DNA of 29,585 nucleotides from Deltaproteobacteria bacterium CG07_land_8_20_14_0_80_60_11 (GTDB lineage Bacteria; Desulfobacterota; Desulfobaccia; Desulfobaccales; 0-14-0-80-60-11): NCBI GenBank assembly GCA_002779455.1, contig PEWM01000102.1, positions 12,685 to 42,269 of the forward strand, read 5' to 3'. Shown piece by piece: positions 25,950 to 29,585 of this stretch (position 1 is its first letter; each line of letters starts with the position of its first letter). The notes under the pieces were generated by a model. It saw only the letters and a program-made list of their open reading frames with translations, ran no database searches and was not told where the DNA came from. The position numbers and the translations under genes were made by a program.

Positions 25950-27086
25950 ATGAAGTCAAGCGGGGAGATTACGGTGTCTCCCGTTCAGAATGACGCGTCT
26001 TTATGGGAATTTCTCCGCCTGCCGTGGCGCATCTATCAAGGGGACCCTTACTGGGTGCCCCCTATTCTCTCCCAACAGCGCCAGTTTCTGGATCCCCGGC
26101 GCGGGTCCTTCTTTGAGATCGGCGAGGCCCGGTATTTTTTGGCCTGCCAAGACGGCAGGCCGGTGGGGCGCCTGTCCGCCCACATCAATCGGCTCCATGA
26201 CACCGGTCACGGCCCGGAAACCGGCTTCTTCGGGTTCTTCGAGTGTATCCCGGACCGGGACGTGGCCGCGGCCCTGTTCGAGGCGGCGGCCGCCTGGCTG
26301 CGAGAGCGTGGCAAGACCCGCCTGGTCGGACCTTTGAATTTCGGCATCTACGATGAGATGGGGCTGCTGGTGGAGGGGTTTGACTCCATGCCGGTCATCT
26401 TCCAGACCCACAATCCGCCCTATTACCAGGACCTCCTGACCTCCCTGGGATTTGTCCAGGCCATGGATTGGCATGCCTACAAGATCACCAACCGGAAGGT
26501 GGACCTGGAGGCCATGCAGCGGCGCTATGACGAGATCATGCGCGGGCAGGACATCGAGATCGTGACCTACGACCCCAAAGAAGTCGACCGCCGCGCCGAC
26601 GAGGTCTTCGAGCTGTTCAATACGGCCTGGGCCCCCAACTGGGGCCACGTGCCCCTGACCCGGCGCCAGTTCGATGATATGTTTGAGACGGTCAAACCCT
26701 GCTTACGCCCGGGAATGGCTTTTGCTCTCCTGGACGACGACCGCGTGGCCGGTTTCGGCATCAGCCTGCCGGACCTCAATCCCCTCATCCGGAAGTTAAA
26801 CGGGCGTCTGACGCTCTGGGGCAAACTCCGCCTGCTCTATTGGGCCAAGTACCGGCCGGTCCGCAAGATCCGGGCCATGGTGGTGGGGGTCAGCCAGCCC
26901 TACCAGCGGCGGCGCCTACATCTGGCCATGGTCCTGCGCGCCTATATCCACCTGGTGAAGCACACTCCCTGGGATTTTTGCGATCTTTCCCTGGTCCCGG
27001 CCAACCTCAAGCACTGGATCAAGGTTATCCTGGCCCTGGGCGGCCAGCGCTACAAGGTCTTCCGCGTCTTTGAAAAACCTATCTGA
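25950..27086 (+). CDS. bcerS: GNAT-like YghO / bacterial ceramide synthase (bCerS)-like protein, ~378 aa
   Basis: FLRLPWRIY.GDPYWVPP, GRLSA.IN, GFFGFFEC, AAWLRERG...GPLNF, GLLVEGF, HNPPYY, FNTAW..NWG.VP, LPDLN, AMVVGV, RYKVFRVFEKPI. SD GAGGT. Confidence 0.75.
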   Translation: MKSSGEITVSPVQNDASLWEFLRLPWRIYQGDPYWVPPILSQQRQFLDPRRGSFFEIGEARYFLACQDGRPVGRLSAHINRLHDTGHGPETGFFGFFECIPDRDVAAALFEAAAAWLRERGKTRLVGPLNFGIYDEMGLLVEGFDSMPVIFQTHNPPYYQDLLTSLGFVQAMDWHAYKITNRKVDLEAMQRRYDEIMRGQDIEIVTYDPKEVDRRADEVFELFNTAWAPNWGHVPLTRRQFDDMFETVKPCLRPGMAFALLDDDRVAGFGISLPDLNPLIRKLNGRLTLWGKLRLLYWAKYRPVRKIRAMVVGVSQPYQRRRLHLAMVLRAYIHLVKHTPWDFCDLSLVPANLKHWIKVILALGGQRYKVFRVFEKPI

Positions 27087-28806
27087 AACCGTGGAGCACC
27101 AGGGAGGGTGGGCCAGGGACCTCTGGCCCGAAATAATGGTGGCCCTGATTTCCGGGGCCGTCTTCGTTTTGGCGCACTTCCAGGCCCTGGCCAATCCTTT
27201 GGTCATTAATGATGACGTCCGCCAGCAGATTTACTGGATGCAGCAATGGCAGGACCCGGCATTATTCCGGGGCGACTTCCTTACCGGCTATGCAAGGGCC
27301 TACGTCCCCTGGGGCGTAAAGGGCCTCTACTGGGTGGCCTCCTGGTGGGTGTCCCCCCTGGCCTTTTCCAAGTTCCTCCCCGGGTTCCTGTTCGTCTTCC
27401 TGGGCATTTGCCTCTTCAGGATCGGGACCCGCCTGGCAGACCGCCGTCTGGGGTGGATGATGGTAGCCGTCTTCTGGCTGATGCCCTTCTTTCTGGACAA
27501 CCTGTCCGGGGGTCTGTCCCGGTCCTTCGCCGCCCCCCTCCTGGCCCTCTTCTGGCTGGGCTGGCAGTCCCGGCGACCCTGGGTCATGGGCGGGGCGCTC
27601 CTGCTCCAGGCCCTGTTCATCCCTTACATTTTCATGGTGGCGGCCCTGGCGGCGCTGCTGGCCTGGCTGCTGGCGCGCCTGGGCCGGGACCGCCCGCCGC
27701 CCTTCCCGGCTCAGGCCGCCCACTTCTTGCTTCTGGGCCTGGGAGCCGTGTTGGTAGGTGCGATGAACCTCCAGTTCAGCGCCGGCGGCTACGGACCCCT
27801 GGTGAGCGCCCAGGAGATGGTCAATCACCCCGAGTTTTACGCCCATGGCCGTTACCAATTCCTGCCGGAACCCTCGCTCCTGTGGGAACTCATCCGCCCC
27901 TGGGAATTCATCCTCCCGTTTCGGGAGTGGGGGCCGGTGGCCGGCGGCCTGGCCGGCGCGGGTCTGCTGGCCCTGGGGGTGGCCGGACTCCGGCGCCTGG
28001 ACTGGCCCACCTGGCGGCAAACGCTCAAACCCGCCGGGTACCTGGGATTGGCCTCCCTGGCGCTTTATTTCCTGGCCCGGCTCTTCCTGTTGAAGTTATT
28101 CGTCCCCGACCGTTATCTCCTGTACACCGTGAACCTCTTTTATACCCTGGTGCTGGCCCTGGGGGTGCAGACGGCGCTCCGGGTTTCGCTCTGGCCCCGA
28201 TATTTGGCGATCCTGGCCCTGGTGGCGGCAGCATCCCTGGGCGCCTGGCGCCTCGAGGGAGTCGGGCTCAAAGATTACTCGGCCTACCGCGCCGTCTATG
28301 CCGCCCTGGCCGAAACGGACCAGGATGCCCTCATCGCCGGCCACCCCAACCTGATGGACACCATCCCCACCTTCGCTCAACGCCGGGCCTTTGCCACCTA
28401 TGAACTGGCCCACCCCTGGAGCCGGGGTTACTGGGCCAAACTGCAGCCCCGTCTGGCGGATCTTTTCCGGGCCTACTACGCCGCCGACCCCCAGGAGGTG
28501 GTGGCCTTCTGTCGGAAGTACGGCATCGCCTGGCTCATCGTCGATGACCGTCATTTCACCCCGGCCTTCTTGAAGGGCGGGTTCTGGCTCTTTCCCTATG
28601 ACCGGCCGCACCTTCAGGGCGCCTCCCCGGGTCTGGCCGAACGGATTTATTGCCCGTTTTTCGCCCCGTTTGATGAGCAGATCCAGCATCTTACGGCCGG
28701 GAGGGCATATTTTGCCTTACTTTCCGACCCCAGCTTCCGGTCTCGGGCCGTGGATCAGCATGTGCGCCTGATCGATATGCGCCCCTGGTTGACCCCAAAG
28801 CCCTAA
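27070..28806 (+). CDS. Large polytopic membrane protein, putative GT-C-fold glycosyltransferase with C-terminal soluble domain, 578 aa
   Basis: TM1 followed by INDDVRQQIYWM..W.DPALF..DF, GG.SRSFAAP, FVPDRY, then a soluble C-terminal region. Start is TTG 27070 or GTG 27091. Confidence 0.55.
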   Translation: MKNLSETVEHQGGWARDLWPEIMVALISGAVFVLAHFQALANPLVINDDVRQQIYWMQQWQDPALFRGDFLTGYARAYVPWGVKGLYWVASWWVSPLAFSKFLPGFLFVFLGICLFRIGTRLADRRLGWMMVAVFWLMPFFLDNLSGGLSRSFAAPLLALFWLGWQSRRPWVMGGALLLQALFIPYIFMVAALAALLAWLLARLGRDRPPPFPAQAAHFLLLGLGAVLVGAMNLQFSAGGYGPLVSAQEMVNHPEFYAHGRYQFLPEPSLLWELIRPWEFILPFREWGPVAGGLAGAGLLALGVAGLRRLDWPTWRQTLKPAGYLGLASLALYFLARLFLLKLFVPDRYLLYTVNLFYTLVLALGVQTALRVSLWPRYLAILALVAAASLGAWRLEGVGLKDYSAYRAVYAALAETDQDALIAGHPNLMDTIPTFAQRRAFATYELAHPWSRGYWAKLQPRLADLFRAYYAADPQEVVAFCRKYGIAWLIVDDRHFTPAFLKGGFWLFPYDRPHLQGASPGLAERIYCPFFAPFDEQIQHLTAGRAYFALLSDPSFRSRAVDQHVRLIDMRPWLTPKP

Positions 28807-28883
28807 TCCCCGGCCGGAGCGGTAACCTCTGCCCATGAAACTTGAAGCCGCCTCGCGGCATTGCGACCCACCCTCCGGCAAGA

Positions 28884-29585
28884 TCAAGAGGTGGTTAACT
28901 GCCCCACGGCATAAAGGGTAACGGGGTCCTGAATCCCTTTGAGCCGGACCTCAAACTCCCGGGTGATCCTGACCTCCGGTTGGACCAGCCGGTACACGGC
29001 CGCGGAGATCACCACCTCCCCGCCTCGGGCCTGGGCCTGGATGCGATGGGCCAGGTTCACCGCGGACCCCACGATGCCATATTTGGCCCGGGTTTCCGAA
29101 CCGATATTCCCCACCACCACCTCCCCGGCATGGAGGCCGATCCCCATGTGGAGAGGCGGCAATTTCTGGCCGATCCCAGCCAGGTTGACGCCCAGCATGG
29201 CCTGCTGCATCGAAAGGGCGCACTGCAACGCCTCCCGCCCCACCGGGGCCAGGGGACCGTCCAGAGGGTCAAAAAAGGCCAGGATCGCATCCCCCAGGAA
29301 ATCCACGATAATCCCGTGATGCCGGCGCAGCACCTCCACCATCCGGGAAAAATAACCGTTGACCAGCTCAATGGTGGCCTCGGGGCTCAAGGCCTCGGCA
29401 ATGGGCGTAAAACCCCGGATATCGGAGAACATGATGACCACCTGCCGCTTTTCCCCGCCTAAACGGCTGGCTTCCGGGCGTGACATCAGTTTCTGGGCGA
29501 TCTCCTGGTCCACGTATCGGCCAAAGGTATTGCTGATAAAATCCCGCTCCTTGAGGCCCGTCACCATATCGTTGAAACTGTGGGT
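28884..29585 (-). CDS. Class III adenylate/guanylate cyclase, C-terminal part (5'-truncated by window; HAMP-like end upstream)
   Basis: SFNDMV.GLKERDFI..TFGRYV, MFSDIRGFT, GDAILAFF, GIGLHAGEVVVGNIGS, VNLAHRIQ, RLKG. Frame is open to position 29585. Confidence 0.92.
   Translation of the reverse strand, partial: THSFNDMVTGLKERDFISNTFGRYVDQEIAQKLMSRPEASRLGGEKRQVVIMFSDIRGFTPIAEALSPEATIELVNGYFSRMVEVLRRHHGIIVDFLGDAILAFFDPLDGPLAPVGREALQCALSMQQAMLGVNLAGIGQKLPPLHMGIGLHAGEVVVGNIGSETRAKYGIVGSAVNLAHRIQAQARGGEVVISAAVYRLVQPEVRITREFEVRLKGIQDPVTLYAVGQLTTS

Noticed and set aside
27246-28689. Alternate-frame and antisense ORFs (27246-28403, 27262-28020, 28096-28689)
   Set aside because: Shadows of the 578-aa membrane protein; Gly/Pro/Arg-rich with no motifs.
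1-29585. CRISPR array, tRNA/rRNA, transposase
   Set aside because: No regularly spaced direct repeats, cloverleaf or rRNA-like segments, or transposase motifs seen; the palindromes are isolated REP-type elements.

Overview
GC-rich bacterial window with no rRNA, tRNA or CRISPR, almost entirely a cell-envelope glycolipid/glycan locus. A Desulfobacterota/deltaproteobacterial origin is an inference from gene style and GTAG-type REP palindromes. Left to right: (1) an SxtI/NodU-type O-carbamoyltransferase with SxtK(DUF5989)- and SxtJ-like membrane proteins, and a membrane-anchored SGNH protein split from them by an oppositely oriented O-methyltransferase; (2) a Wzx-like flippase; (3) an AT-rich two-gene cassette; (4) GT2/GT21-like, GT1-like and two GT4 glycosyltransferases, a radical SAM/SPASM enzyme, a Zn-dehydrogenase and a deacetylase; (5) a DPM1-like GT2, a WaaL-like protein and a GT-C-like protein; (6) an operon of serine palmitoyltransferase-like enzyme, MacAB-TolC-like exporter, bacterial ceramide synthase-like (YghO/bCerS) protein and GT-C-like protein; (7) the 3' end of a class III nucleotide cyclase. 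Two hypotheses stand out. First, a Dlt-like trans-envelope carbamoyl relay: the unannotated 49-aa SxtK-like peptide ends in FIYTIF, the DltX/AlgI tyrosine acyl-shuttle motif, and an SGNH protein is nearby but no MBOAT is in the window. Second, a glycosphingolipid pathway with an embedded tripartite exporter and no CerR/ACP in view. All family calls are from motif recognition by eye; no database searches were run.
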